DNA from: an uncultured Phycisphaerales bacterium
Lineage (GTDB): Bacteria; Planctomycetota; Phycisphaerae; Sedimentisphaerales; Anaerobacaceae
DNA: 64,000 nt
Reading direction: 5' to 3'
Assembly (NCBI GenBank): GCA_963772725.1
Contig: CAVYYI010000005.1
Span: 212,244-276,243 of the forward strand
The notes under the pieces: generated by a model
Database searches by the model: none
Told to the model about the DNA's origin: nothing
What the model saw: only the letters and a program-made list of their open reading frames with translations
Made by a program: the position numbers and the translations under genes
Shown here: positions 37,150 to 50,775 of the stretch, in pieces
How positions within the stretch are numbered: position 1 is the stretch's first letter
Layout: each line of letters starts with the position of its first letter

Positions 37150-40100
37150 GTGGTTGACATAGGCCAAGACAAGATTGTTCGCGAGATAGTATCCCGGCTG
37201 AAGGCCTCTTCGGTGGGCGAAGGGGTGATAAAAATCGCGGGAACGTGGGGGTCATATGCGCCGATGCTGGCGGCGTACCTGTCGAAAGAGGTTAACAGAC
37301 CGATTTTATATGTTTGTCCGCATATCGATGACGCCGATAAGGTCAGCGACGATTTGCGAACTTTCGGGGCAGGCGATATTGAGGTTCTGCCGGCCTGGGA
37401 GGGCGATGAGGATTTGGCCGACGCCACCGATGAGATTCGCTCGGAGAGGCTGCGGGTAACGATGAAGGCTTTGGGGGCAAGGGCGAATTTTATTATCGCT
37501 GCATCGGCGCAGGCGCTTTGTCAGCCTATACCAAAACCGCAGGCTGTGGAGAAAAGCGGTCTTAGCCTGCGGGTCAATCAGGGCATATCGCCGGACGAGA
37601 TTGCGGGGTGGCTGGTGGATAACGGTTTCGAGCATGTCGAGGGGATTGACGTGCCGGGACAATTCGCCAGACGCGGCGGAATAGTGGATATTTACGCGCC
37701 GCTGGTTGGTGATGTATCTGTTGCGAAAAAAGATGATGGGAATATTTTTTCACAGGGTGCCGCAGCGATAAGGGTGGAATTTTTCGGCGACACGATAGAG
37801 AGCATAAGGGAAATTGACCTTGATACGCAGCGATCGAATCAGCATATCGAAAACATCAGTATTATATCGGCGGTATGCGGCACTAAAACCCAGGAGCGGG
37901 AACTTTTTGTAAATATCCTGCCGCAGGAGACAGTGGTTATTTTTGAAGAGCCGGGTGACATCGAGGAGGTCGCGAACGTATATCTGGAACGTGCGGAAGA
38001 ACCGGAGAGGCTTTACCGGTGGAGTGATATTTATTCGGCGGCTAAAAGATTTACGCAGGCGCATATCTGCAAATTCGCAGCGTCACCGGAAGAGTTTTTG
38101 AAAGTCGATGTTGGGAGTATTGCACAGTTTCAGCAGAGCGGGGTGTCGATGTGGGCGGGACATAAGGAGGCTCTTGAGCAGCTTACGGCTAAGGCCAAAG
38201 AGGGCAAAACTGTTTATCTTTACTGTGAAAGAACGGCGGAAATCGAGCGCGTCAGGGAAATCATCGGGCAGTTAGCGGGGAAAATACCGGACAATTTCAA
38301 GCTGTTAACAGGATTTATTAATCAGGGATTCGCAGTAAATTCGCTCGAACGCGATTGTGATAAGTCATCATGAGCTTTTCGGTCAGTATGCTGTGAGGCG
38401 CAGGCAGCGCCCGATACGGCCGAGCATTACGGTCGATACGCTGGCGGATTTACAGGCGGGCGATTATGTTGTGCATGTTAATTACGGAATCGGCAAATTC
38501 CTCGGCGTTAAAACGATTACACAAAAAGACAGACCTACCGAATATCTTACGATTGAATACGCGGACAAGGAAAAGATTCATGTTTCGGTTGAAAATATTC
38601 ATCTTGTACAGAAGTATATCGGAACGAGTCCGAAACGGCCTAAATTAAGTAAAATAGGCTCTAAGAGATGGGCCAAACAGAAAGAGCAGGTCGCGCAATC
38701 CGTCCAGGAGTTGGCGGCAGAACTGCTGGATATTCAGGCCAAAAGGCAGATGCTGGGCGGCTTTGCCTTCGGGCAGGACTCTAACTGGCAGAGGGAATTT
38801 GAGGCGTCGTTTCCCTATCAGGAGACAGCCGACCAGATTACCGCCATAGAGCAAATTAAAGACGATATGCAAAAGCCCGCGGCGATGGACAGGCTTTTGT
38901 GCGGCGACGTGGGGTACGGCAAGACGGAGCTGGCGATGCGGGCAGCGTTCAAGGCTGTGGAAAACGGCAAACAGGTCGCCGTGCTTGTGCCGACGACGGT
39001 TTTGTGCGTCCAGCACGGCAGAACGTTTACGGAGCGGTTCGCGGATTTCCCGGTTTCGATTGAGGTTTTAAACCGTTTTAGAACGACCAAACAGGCGAAG
39101 GACATTATCGAGAGAACCAGGGCAGGCAGGGTGGATATTCTCATCGGGACGCACCGGCTTTTAAGCGGTGATATCGGATTTAAAGATTTGGGACTTTTAA
39201 TTATCGACGAGGAGCAGCGGTTCGGGGTTGAGCATAAGGAGAAACTTAAAAGGCTGCGGGTCAATGTCGATGTTTTGACAATGACAGCGACGCCTATACC
39301 CAGAACTCTGCACATGGCGATGCTGGGGCTGCGCGACATAAGCTCACTGGCGACACCTCCCTTGGACAGGCGAAGCGTGGTAACAGCGGTAACGACTTAC
39401 AGCAATGAGCTTATAAGAAAGGCGATAATGCTTGAACTGAACCGCCAAGGCCAGGTTTTCTTTTTGCATAACCGCGTCAGGTCGATTGAGAAAAAGGCGT
39501 TTGAAATATCCAAATTACTGGGTGGAGACAATGTGAGGATGACCATTGCGCACGGTCAGATGCATAAACACGAGCTTGAAAAGGCGATGATAAATTTCGT
39601 GACTGGAAAAATCGATGTGCTGATTTGCACGACCATTGTTGAATCCGGGCTGGACATACCCAACGCGAACACGATTTTTATTGATGACGCCGACAGGTTC
39701 GGGCTGGCCGAGCTTCATCAGCTTCGAGGGCGCGTGGGCAGGTATAAGCATCGGGCATATGCGTATATGCTGCTGCCGAAAAGCAGGACGATAACACCGC
39801 TGGCAGCCAGGAGATTAAAGGCGATTGAGGAATATTCACATCTCGGCGCAGGGTTTCGCATTGCACTGCGGGATTTGGAAATTCGCGGCGCAGGGGAATA
39901 TCCTTGGCGATGAACAATCAGGACACATTCAACTGGTCGGCTACCAGATGTATTGCGAACTGCTCGCCGAGGCGGTGAGGAAACTGAAGAATGAGCCGAA
40001 AGAGGAGACAGCGCCGCCGGCGGGAGTTGATTTGGGATTTGCGGCGTATATACCGAAAAGCTACATTCCGTTGGACAGATACCGGATGGATGTTTATCGC

Positions 40101-40439
40101 AAAATCGCGATGGCCCGGTACGATGAGGACGTAAAGCAGATTACCGATGAACTGATGGATGTTTACGGGCCGATGCCTGAAGATGTTAAAACACTGCTCG
40201 AAATAGCGGAAATTCGAATCACCGCTGGCAGGTGTAGAGTAAAAAGTATTGTCGTCTCGGGGCAGGATTTGGTATTTTCTTTTGGCGAAGGTTCGACTTC
40301 GGCGAGCAAATCATTATTCGCAAAGGTGCACGGAACAGTAAGATTCAGCGACGCTAAGACAGTGTATCTAAGACTGTCAAAAAATTATTTTGAGCCGAAA
40401 ACACTGACAGCCCTTCTCAGGAAAATGTTTACGGGTTAA
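37150..40439 (+). CDS. mfd: Transcription-repair coupling factor Mfd; two frame switches
   Basis: It has a CarD/TRG-like segment GDYVVHVNYGIGKFLG, helicase motifs LLCGDVGYGKTELAMRAA, IIDEEQRFGV and TATPIPRT, then the TRG motif and a C-terminal D7 domain. ORFs 37150-38373, 38357-39913 and 39825-40439 join near 38355 and at a G4 run (39893-39896). Confidence 0.9.
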
Positions 40440-41236
40440 AAATTTCCATAGCTGTAAGACGGGGCGGCACGCTGTAAAAGCAGATAATTTTTGCCTTTAT
40501 ACTTTGTTACAATGCCGGCGACTTTGAGCCTGGGAGGCGAGAGTTTCGAGGATTGTTCGCTGAACGCCTTTTCGAGTGCCTGACAGGACAGCAGCGGGAA
40601 AGAAATCTTCTGGATGTTCCAGCCAAGGGCATCGAGAACAAACGCGAATTCGCCGTTGGGCTGTTTTTCAATTAAGCCGGTTCTGTCTGCCAGAATAGAA
40701 TCCTGCTCAAGCTTGAGGCCTTTTTTGAGTTCCTCGGTGCGGATGACTTTTGTTGGCATAAGTTTTTTTACAATTTCTTCGGGGATGCGAAGTTCCTCGT
40801 TAGGCTCGTTGATGGGCGGGGCGACGGGCGGAGAGGCCTCACCCTGTGCCGATAGTTGTTTTATCTTGCTCATAGGCAGGAAATAAAGGGGAAAGATGAA
40901 GTTCTTTCCGTCGTATTTTGTGAGTTTGCCCCAGAGGCGGTACATTTTATCGCTTCGCTCGTTGACGTCTGCGGTGATTTTTTCGAGCATCGAGGAGGGC
41001 AGAATCTCAACAGGTGTTCCTGCGGGGATAACTTTTAGGCCGTCTTTTAAATCAGAATCGAATTGAAAGAACCATTTTCCGTTGCTGTCGGGGGAGACAA
41101 GATTGCCATCGGCACCGGCCAGGGGATAGTCTTCTCTGAGGGCGGAAGATTTTTTTGAAGACGTACTCTCCGCGGCCCAAACAATGGTACTGATAAGAGC
41201 AACCGCTATAAGCGAAATCGAACAAGTTTTAATCAT
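40436..41236 (-). CDS. Secreted hypothetical protein (266 aa)
   Basis: It has a signal peptide (MIKTCSISLIAVALISTIVWAAES). I recognise no domain. Its stop overlaps the mfd stop region. Confidence 0.5.
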   Translation of the reverse strand: MIKTCSISLIAVALISTIVWAAESTSSKKSSALREDYPLAGADGNLVSPDSNGKWFFQFDSDLKDGLKVIPAGTPVEILPSSMLEKITADVNERSDKMYRLWGKLTKYDGKNFIFPLYFLPMSKIKQLSAQGEASPPVAPPINEPNEELRIPEEIVKKLMPTKVIRTEELKKGLKLEQDSILADRTGLIEKQPNGEFAFVLDALGWNIQKISFPLLSCQALEKAFSEQSSKLSPPRLKVAGIVTKYKGKNYLLLQRAAPSYSYGNF

Positions 41237-41241
41237 CGCTG

Positions 41242-41769
41242 TTACTCCGAAAACTTTTCAATGAGATATTTCTCAACTTCCGGCGGCCCATCCGCCAGTT
41301 GGATGCAGCTTCGTGAATTTGGGTCGTCCTTAGCCATCAAATCGACAAGCCGCTTCCAAAATTCCCCTACCAGTATAATAGGTTTGTCGGCATCTGAAAA
41401 GTGTTTGTTTTTTAATTCCCAGACCATGGCCAATTCGAGGAGCGTTCCGGTTCCGCCGGGCAGGACAATATAGGCGTGGCCGAGTTCTATCAGGCTTTTG
41501 AGCCTTTCTTCGAGACAGGACGTTTTAATCTCACGGGTAATATAGGGGTTTACGGTTGAAGAAAAAGCTGAGCAGGTAACGCCGATAGTTTTACCGCCTG
41601 CCGCAACTGCTGCCTGGGCGGCGGCGAGCATAGTTCCATTGTAACCGCCGTTGGCAATGATAAAACCCGCCCGGGCAAGCGAGGTTCCTATTTGCGAGGC
41701 GAGAATATAAATCTCCTCGCCCCGCTGCGCCCTGCTTGTACCAAAGATTGTTACTATTTTTTCAGTCAT
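41242..41769 (-). CDS. LOG-family / TIGR00725-like Rossmann protein
   Basis: It contains IFGTSR, IANGGYNGTMLAAAQ and the PGGTGTLLEL motif (PGGxGTxxE). Confidence 0.7.
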   Translation of the reverse strand: MTEKIVTIFGTSRAQRGEEIYILASQIGTSLARAGFIIANGGYNGTMLAAAQAAVAAGGKTIGVTCSAFSSTVNPYITREIKTSCLEERLKSLIELGHAYIVLPGGTGTLLELAMVWELKNKHFSDADKPIILVGEFWKRLVDLMAKDDPNSRSCIQLADGPPEVEKYLIEKFSE

Positions 41770-41813
41770 TTTTTCTCCGCAGATGAAATCGGATTAACAC
41801 AGATTATTTCAGC

Positions 41814-41897
41814 ATCTCGTATCTCGTGAAAAGTATCTCGTTTCACGCTTCACAAGATACGCTTCGCTATTTTGGTGTTTATTCGTGTCCATTCGTG
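41814..41897. repeat. Short tandem heptamers in the aconitase-LOG spacer
   Basis: ATCTCGT occurs three times (41814-41820, 41821-41827, 41835-41841). ATTCGTG occurs twice (41881-41887, 41891-41897). Confidence 0.65.
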
Positions 41898-41908
41898 GTT
41901 AATTAGTT

Positions 41909-43876
41909 TTAATTACGACTTTTGGTGTAATTCAACAGGCCGGCACAGAGGAGGATTTCTCTGTCTCTCTGGGAAATATTCAGTTTGCCTGTAAACTCGA
42001 ATGAGCCAGTCTGGTCTTTAATCTGAACCTTATCGCTGTTCTTTATGGCGTCGGTCAGGTTCTCTATCTGCAGCGAGTCGCCCTGCTTGATTTTGTCGTA
42101 CACGGTTGGGTCAGCCAATTCTACCGGGACAATGCAGAAGTTGATGAGATTGGCTTTGTGGATACGTTCGATGGTTTTGGCGATAACCACCCGCACGCCG
42201 AGATACATCGGACATAGGGCGGCGTGTTCGCGAGATGAACCTTGGCCGTAACTTTCGCCTGCGACGATAATGCCGGCCTGACCTCTTTTCTTTAATTCGA
42301 GGGCGCGGTCGGCGAATGTGGGTTTGCCTTCTTCGTTAAAGCAATTGAAAACCACTTTGGCGTACAGGGGAACATTGGAGCGCAGCTTGAGGAAAGTTCC
42401 CGCGGGCATAATGTGGTCGGTGGTAATCTTGTCGCCGCACTTGAGCAGGATCTGGCCTGTTATATCTTTGGGCAGGGATTTGGGCGATTCGGGTACGACT
42501 ATTGTCGGGCCGCGAAGTATCTCGACTTTAGCGGCTTCATCTGAGCTGAGAGGCTTTTCAATCATGCTGTCGTCGATGATGAATTCCGCGGGCATCTTTA
42601 TTTTGGGATATTTTATCGCGAACAGGTTATCCAGTTCGCGGGGGTCTGTAATTTTTCCGGTAAGAGCCGAAGCGACAGCGGTTTCGGGGCTGACGAGATA
42701 TGCCTGGTCACCTTTTGTTCCGGTTCTGCCGGCGAAATTCCTGTTGAAGGTTCTCAGACTGACGATGCCGTCGGCGGGTGAAAAGCCCTGGCCGATACAT
42801 GGGCCGCAGCCTGATTCAAGGATTCTGGCGCCGGCGGAAATCATATCGGAAAGTGCGCCGTTTTGCGCGAGCATATTAAGGACTTCCCTGCTGCCGGGAG
42901 CAACGGCAAATTCAACCATATTGTTAATTGTTCTGCTTTTTAATACTTTGGCGACCATCATCAAATCAGTAAAGCTCGAATTGGTGCAGCTTCCCACGGC
43001 AATCTGGCCGACAGGCATCCCGCTTATTTGCACTACGGTTTTAATATTATCCGGCGACGAGGGACACGCCGCCAGCGGCTCAAGCTCGGAGAGGTTTATC
43101 TCTATTGTCCGCTCGTACACAGCATCAGCATCGGCAGATAAAGGTGTAAAATCCTTTTCTCTTTTCTGTGCGGCGAGAAATTTTCTTGTCTGTTCATCGC
43201 TTGGAAATACGCTGGTTGTAACGCCCAGTTCAGCGCCCATATTTGTTATAGTGGCCCGCTGAGGCACAGTCAGGTTTGCGACACCTTTGCCGAAATATTC
43301 AACAACCCAGCCGACATTGCCTTTTGTGGTAAGGATGCTTAGCAGTTTTAATATCACGTCTTTGGCGGCGACCCAGTCTTTCAGTTTTCCGGTAAGTTTA
43401 ATACCAAGCACTTTTGGGCAGGATAGATAAAAAGGCCCACCGCCCATCGCGACAGCGACATCCATACCGCCTGCGCCGATGGCCAGCATTCCAATACCAC
43501 CACCGGTCGGAGTGTGCGAATCGCTGCCCAGCAGTGTCGCACCAGGTTTGCCGAAGCGTTCGAGATGCACCTGGTGACAAATGCCATTACCAGCGCGTGA
43601 GTGATATACGCCTGATTTGGCCGCGACGGTCTGGAGATAGAGGTGGTCGTTGTGATTTTCCGAACCGAACTGGCTCATATTATGGTCGATGTAGCTGACA
43701 GACAAATCGGTTTTGACCCTGCCTGCGCCCATGGATTCAAAAAGTAAAAAGGCCGTTGTGCCGGTAGCGTCCTGCGTGAGGGTCTGGTCGATGCGAATGC
43801 CTATTTGGCCGAGCGGTGTGAGCGTGCCGTCTGCCAGATGGGCGGATAAAATTTTATGCGTCAATGTCTGTCCCAT
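41909..43876 (-). CDS. Aconitate hydratase (short, about 650-aa type)
   Basis: The 655-aa ORF is intact and contains IDQTLTQDATGT, LGSDSHTPTGG, VGSCTNSS and CGPCIG (Fe-S cluster Cys ligands), plus a C-terminal swivel domain (GESYGQGSSREHAA). Confidence 0.88.
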   Translation of the reverse strand: MGQTLTHKILSAHLADGTLTPLGQIGIRIDQTLTQDATGTTAFLLFESMGAGRVKTDLSVSYIDHNMSQFGSENHNDHLYLQTVAAKSGVYHSRAGNGICHQVHLERFGKPGATLLGSDSHTPTGGGIGMLAIGAGGMDVAVAMGGGPFYLSCPKVLGIKLTGKLKDWVAAKDVILKLLSILTTKGNVGWVVEYFGKGVANLTVPQRATITNMGAELGVTTSVFPSDEQTRKFLAAQKREKDFTPLSADADAVYERTIEINLSELEPLAACPSSPDNIKTVVQISGMPVGQIAVGSCTNSSFTDLMMVAKVLKSRTINNMVEFAVAPGSREVLNMLAQNGALSDMISAGARILESGCGPCIGQGFSPADGIVSLRTFNRNFAGRTGTKGDQAYLVSPETAVASALTGKITDPRELDNLFAIKYPKIKMPAEFIIDDSMIEKPLSSDEAAKVEILRGPTIVVPESPKSLPKDITGQILLKCGDKITTDHIMPAGTFLKLRSNVPLYAKVVFNCFNEEGKPTFADRALELKKRGQAGIIVAGESYGQGSSREHAALCPMYLGVRVVIAKTIERIHKANLINFCIVPVELADPTVYDKIKQGDSLQIENLTDAIKNSDKVQIKDQTGSFEFTGKLNISQRDREILLCAGLLNYTKSRN

Positions 43877-43964
43877 TTTTCTTCTCCATATATAAATCGC
43901 TATAATCTAACACAAACTCAGCGGAAAAGCAATTGCGCAGGAATGTCGAAAAGTAACAGTTTGT

Positions 43965-44000
43965 TCAAATAAAAAAGGCCCCGGATAATATCCGAGGCCT
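43965..44000 (-). terminator. Rho-independent terminator of the prepilin-type gene
   Basis: On the minus strand, AGGCCTCGGAT-att-ATCCGGGGCC forms a stem of about 10 bp (one G-U pair). It is followed by TTTTTTATTT and lies 44 nt after the stop. Confidence 0.75.
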
Positions 44001-44043
44001 TTGACTTTCAAACAAAAACCCTAAAATGATTTGGGATTGTTTA

Positions 44044-45066
<1,023 letters not shown>

Positions 45067-45482
45067 TTTTGTTTCTCCTTTAACTTTTTCGAGATTCGCG
45101 GACCCGGCCGTTTCGGGTTCCGATTTCCTTTTTTCCAAAACCAGATAAGTCCTTTTTCACCTCATCCTTTTTTCGTCGCGAATCTCAGTTTTTATATTTC
45201 TAACCCGGAAATCGACCGGTTTTAACGCTTTGAAATTGATGTTTTGCCAAAATAACACTGCTTTTACGCTTTTTCGTACATTTTTACCGCTGACTTAACA
45301 GCTAAAAAACCCATAGAAGCACTTGTTTTTGGCAGGGGGTTTAAGATATGATACAACAACCAAAAATTATGACGATACTAAAATTATAAAGGGACTTTTT
45401 TAAACCCGTCTACCTTTCTGTAGAAATATTAACACAGAATTAATATCTTGTCAAATAAATTTCGTCAATTTTTATAAATTTC

Positions 45483-45511
45483 TTGAATTTTTTTTCCCCC
45501 TGCCCTAATAT
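45483..45511 (+). promoter_or_regulatory. Candidate promoter TTGAAT-N17-TAATAT
   Basis: The hexamers are at 45483-45488 and 45506-45511. AAAGGAG lies 8 nt before the start codon. Confidence 0.45.
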
Positions 45512-45543
45512 TCGTTCTCTTTATTAGTTAAAGGAGCAATTTG

Positions 45544-46968
45544 ATGTTTGAAGGCAGCGTTGAAAGTATGAAAAGAGAACTCGAAAAACATAATCAGGGG
45601 CATATTCTGGCCTTTTGGGATGAGCTAAGCGCCGACCAGAAAGAGGCCTTGGCGACTCAAATTGGGGAACTGGATTTGAAGAAAATTGACGAATGGGTCG
45701 TTAATTATGTCAAAAACACTGTTTCGCACCCGCTTCCGCACAATTTTGAGCCTGCTCCATATTATAGTATCACGCCGAAAAACGCCCAAGAGGCGGAAAA
45801 GCACAAAAAGGCTGTTAAATTGGGCACGGAACTGCTGGCCGGCGGCAAGGTCGCGGGTTTTGTTGTAGCCGGCGGACAGGGAACAAGGCTCGGATTCGAT
45901 GGGCCAAAGGGGAATTTTCCGGCAAGCCCCATAAAAAAGAAAACTTTATTCGCGATTTTTGGTGAGACTATCGCGGCCGTTTCAAAGAAATACGGGGCAG
46001 CCTGTCCGTGGTATATTATGACAAGTCCTCTTAATGACGCTGAGACGCGGCGAATTTTCCACTCTAATAATTATTACGGGCTGGACGAGAAAAACGTCTT
46101 TATATTTCAGCAGGGTACACTGCCCAATTTCGGCTTTGACGGCAGGATTTTGATGGCGGATAAGGCCAATATCGCCTGTTCGCCGGATGGTCATGGCGGC
46201 AGCCTGCGGGCGCTTTACAGAAGCGGGGCGGTCGAGGATATGAAAAAACGAGGTGTCGAGTTTATCAGTTATTGGCAGGTCGATAACCCCCTTATCAATA
46301 TCTTTGACCCGCTTTTTATCGGCCTTCACGCCCTCGATAAGGCCCAGATGTCCTCAAAAGGCCTGACCAAAACCAGCCCGAAAGAAAAGGTGGGCAATTT
46401 CTGCTTAGTTGACGGCAAGATAACAATAATCGAATACAGCGACCTGCCCAATGAGATGGCCGAACGCAAAAATCCCGACGGTTCGCTGGCGTTTGAACTT
46501 GGCAGTATAGGAATTCACATCATAAGCAGAAACTTCGTTGAGAAGCTGAACGCAAAGGGTTTTTCTCTGCCGCTGCATAAGGCCATTAAAAAAATCCAGC
46601 ATATCGACCCCCAGGGAAACCTGGTAGAGCCGAAAGAGCCGAACGGTATAAAACTCGAGAGTTTTGTGTTTGACGCCGTACCGATGGCGTCAAAGTCGAT
46701 TATACTTCAGACGCTGCGAAATGAGGAATTCGGCCCCATCAAAAACGCCACCGGCACCGACAGCGCCGAAACATCAAGGCAGATGCAGATTGAACGCTCG
46801 GCACGCTGGCTTGAGGCCGCCGGTGTGAAAGTGCCGCGAAAGGCGGATGGCTCAGCGGATTGCGTAATTGAAATAGCCCCGAGTTTCGCTGTAGAAAAAG
46901 ACGAATTGAAACAGAAAGTTAAGCAGATACCTGAAATAAAGCCCGGCGATAGCGTTTACCTCAAATAA
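45544..46968 (+). CDS. UDP-sugar (UDP-N-acetylhexosamine/UDP-glucose) pyrophosphorylase, UDPGP family
   Basis: It contains VAGGQGTRLGFDGPKGNFP, YIMTSPLNDAETR, PDGHGG and YWQVDNPL, motifs of the eukaryotic-type UAP1/UGP family. Confidence 0.8.
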   Translation: MFEGSVESMKRELEKHNQGHILAFWDELSADQKEALATQIGELDLKKIDEWVVNYVKNTVSHPLPHNFEPAPYYSITPKNAQEAEKHKKAVKLGTELLAGGKVAGFVVAGGQGTRLGFDGPKGNFPASPIKKKTLFAIFGETIAAVSKKYGAACPWYIMTSPLNDAETRRIFHSNNYYGLDEKNVFIFQQGTLPNFGFDGRILMADKANIACSPDGHGGSLRALYRSGAVEDMKKRGVEFISYWQVDNPLINIFDPLFIGLHALDKAQMSSKGLTKTSPKEKVGNFCLVDGKITIIEYSDLPNEMAERKNPDGSLAFELGSIGIHIISRNFVEKLNAKGFSLPLHKAIKKIQHIDPQGNLVEPKEPNGIKLESFVFDAVPMASKSIILQTLRNEEFGPIKNATGTDSAETSRQMQIERSARWLEAAGVKVPRKADGSADCVIEIAPSFAVEKDELKQKVKQIPEIKPGDSVYLK

Positions 46969-47008
46969 GCTTAGGAACATTTTTAATCTTTGAAAAAGGA
47001 TTAACCTG

Positions 47009-49038
<2,030 letters not shown>

Positions 49039-49096
49039 ATCATTAACTTTGCTGAAAAAGTGTTTTTTTTGTGCCAGATATTGAGGCAATAAAAAT

Positions 49097-50728
49097 CTAT
49101 CGGATTTTCAACACAATAGCATGGTCACAGGGTTTCTTTCCCGGCATTTTCACTTTTAAACCTTCGTTATCGCGGTTAAATTCAATCGGACCGTCATAGC
49201 CAAGCATCTGCACCGATTGAATCTTGGCGGGCAGTTTACTTTCAGCTAACGACCTGATTGTCACCGTGGTAAAGTTGCCGGGCCAACCGAGCAGAATAGC
49301 ATAGAGTGTATCGCCTTTAGTTGTAAACCGGATGTCCTCTGCGGTGTAGGACTTCTTTTGTTCGGCAGATTTGTTGTCTTTTATCTGTGTTGAACCTTCG
49401 CCGCAGACCGCAAAAGGACGTGTACCAAAGATGGCTTCTTTGTTAATTTGCATCCAGTCCCCAATAGCTGTTACAATTGCAATTTCATCTTCGTCGATAG
49501 TTCCATCGGCACGAACCGGAATACTCAGCAATAAATTGCCATTCTTGCTGACGATGTCCACAAGTTCTTTAATAATGGTGTCAGCAGAGGTATACTGATG
49601 ATTTTCAAAAATACTTCGGTCATAATGCCAATGCCCGATACAAGTGTCGGTCTGCCATGGATTAGGAAGAAGCATATCGCTGCGCTTGCGTTCGATATCT
49701 AAGACTACCGCTTTTCTCCGGTCGTCCTCTACACCTTTGGTGGTGAGTACCACGTCAACCTTGCCGTTATTCCGCTTCACGCTGTCATTATAGAAATGGG
49801 CCGCAACCTTTAGACCGGCATCCTCCAATGGTAGGCCGATATTGTCAAAATAGAGCAGGTCGGGATGATACTTATTGATAAGGTCCACAGTCCGATTGTA
49901 CCATTTGTCAACGTAAGCACGGTCATTGGGAGGTGAAGTGTTTTTCCATTTGGTCGCGGCATCCAGCCATTTTTTGTATTCCGCGGGGTCAGTGATACTC
50001 CTTGGGTCCACGGTGTGCAGACCGGTATAAAGGTCCTGCGGGTCATAGCCTTCCCACCACTTACCCTTGCCGTCAGCCTTGGTCATCCAGCCATCATAAG
50101 GAATACCGGCTTTCGGACCCGTAACATCGTGGCCATAGGCTACATCCAGCCACCACCATGCATGGGAGGAATGATTGGAAACCCCGAACCGCAGACCCGC
50201 CGTCCGGGCAGCCTTGGCCCACATACCGACAATGTCTTTTTTAGGACCGATGTTCACTGAATTCCACGGTTGATACTTCGAGTCATAGCAATCGAAGTTA
50301 TCGTGATGATTTGCCAAGGCTACAAAATACTGAGCTCCGGCTCGTTTATACAGTGCGATTAATTTTTCAGGGTCGAACTTCTCAGCCTTCCAAGAGTTAC
50401 ATAAATCCTTATAGCCAAACTCAGAGGGATGGCCATAATGTGCGAGATGGTATTTATATTGTTCAGAGCCTTCCCGATACATGCGTTGGGCATACCAGTC
50501 TCCGGCTTCAGCCGCTCCTTGCGGCTCGCAATTCGCCCAAAGGCCGAATTTTGCGTCTCGAAACCAATCAGGACACTGATATTGCTTAAGGGATTCCCAG
50601 TCAGGTTTGAATGGCCCATCAGCGATTGGTTCCAGGGATGTGGAAGGTTCAATTGCATAAACCGTAAGAATTAGGAATATGCTCAGCAGTATAGCGATTA
50701 TCATTTGATTGATTATTTTCTTTTTCAT
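49097..50728 (-). CDS. Alpha-L-fucosidase (GH29)
   Basis: A signal peptide is followed by PDWFRDAKFGLW, YFVALANHHDNFDCYDSK and NGNLLLSIPVRADGTIDEDE, then a C-terminal beta-sandwich domain. Confidence 0.88.
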   Translation of the reverse strand: MKKKIINQMIIAILLSIFLILTVYAIEPSTSLEPIADGPFKPDWESLKQYQCPDWFRDAKFGLWANCEPQGAAEAGDWYAQRMYREGSEQYKYHLAHYGHPSEFGYKDLCNSWKAEKFDPEKLIALYKRAGAQYFVALANHHDNFDCYDSKYQPWNSVNIGPKKDIVGMWAKAARTAGLRFGVSNHSSHAWWWLDVAYGHDVTGPKAGIPYDGWMTKADGKGKWWEGYDPQDLYTGLHTVDPRSITDPAEYKKWLDAATKWKNTSPPNDRAYVDKWYNRTVDLINKYHPDLLYFDNIGLPLEDAGLKVAAHFYNDSVKRNNGKVDVVLTTKGVEDDRRKAVVLDIERKRSDMLLPNPWQTDTCIGHWHYDRSIFENHQYTSADTIIKELVDIVSKNGNLLLSIPVRADGTIDEDEIAIVTAIGDWMQINKEAIFGTRPFAVCGEGSTQIKDNKSAEQKKSYTAEDIRFTTKGDTLYAILLGWPGNFTTVTIRSLAESKLPAKIQSVQMLGYDGPIEFNRDNEGLKVKMPGKKPCDHAIVLKIR

Positions 50729-50775
50729 ATTTATTCCATCCTGAAATTTCTGTTCTATAGGAATTTACCTATATA

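Noticed and set aside
42318-43262. A 314-aa ORF on the + strand inside the aconitase gene. Similar long antisense or out-of-frame ORFs include 4849-5508, 32398-33051, 29888-30385, 38818-39339, 56466-57002 and 54737-55147.
   Set aside because: These are shadow ORFs fully embedded in well-supported genes on the other strand or in another frame. Their translations are Arg/Pro/Ser-rich with no recognisable motifs.
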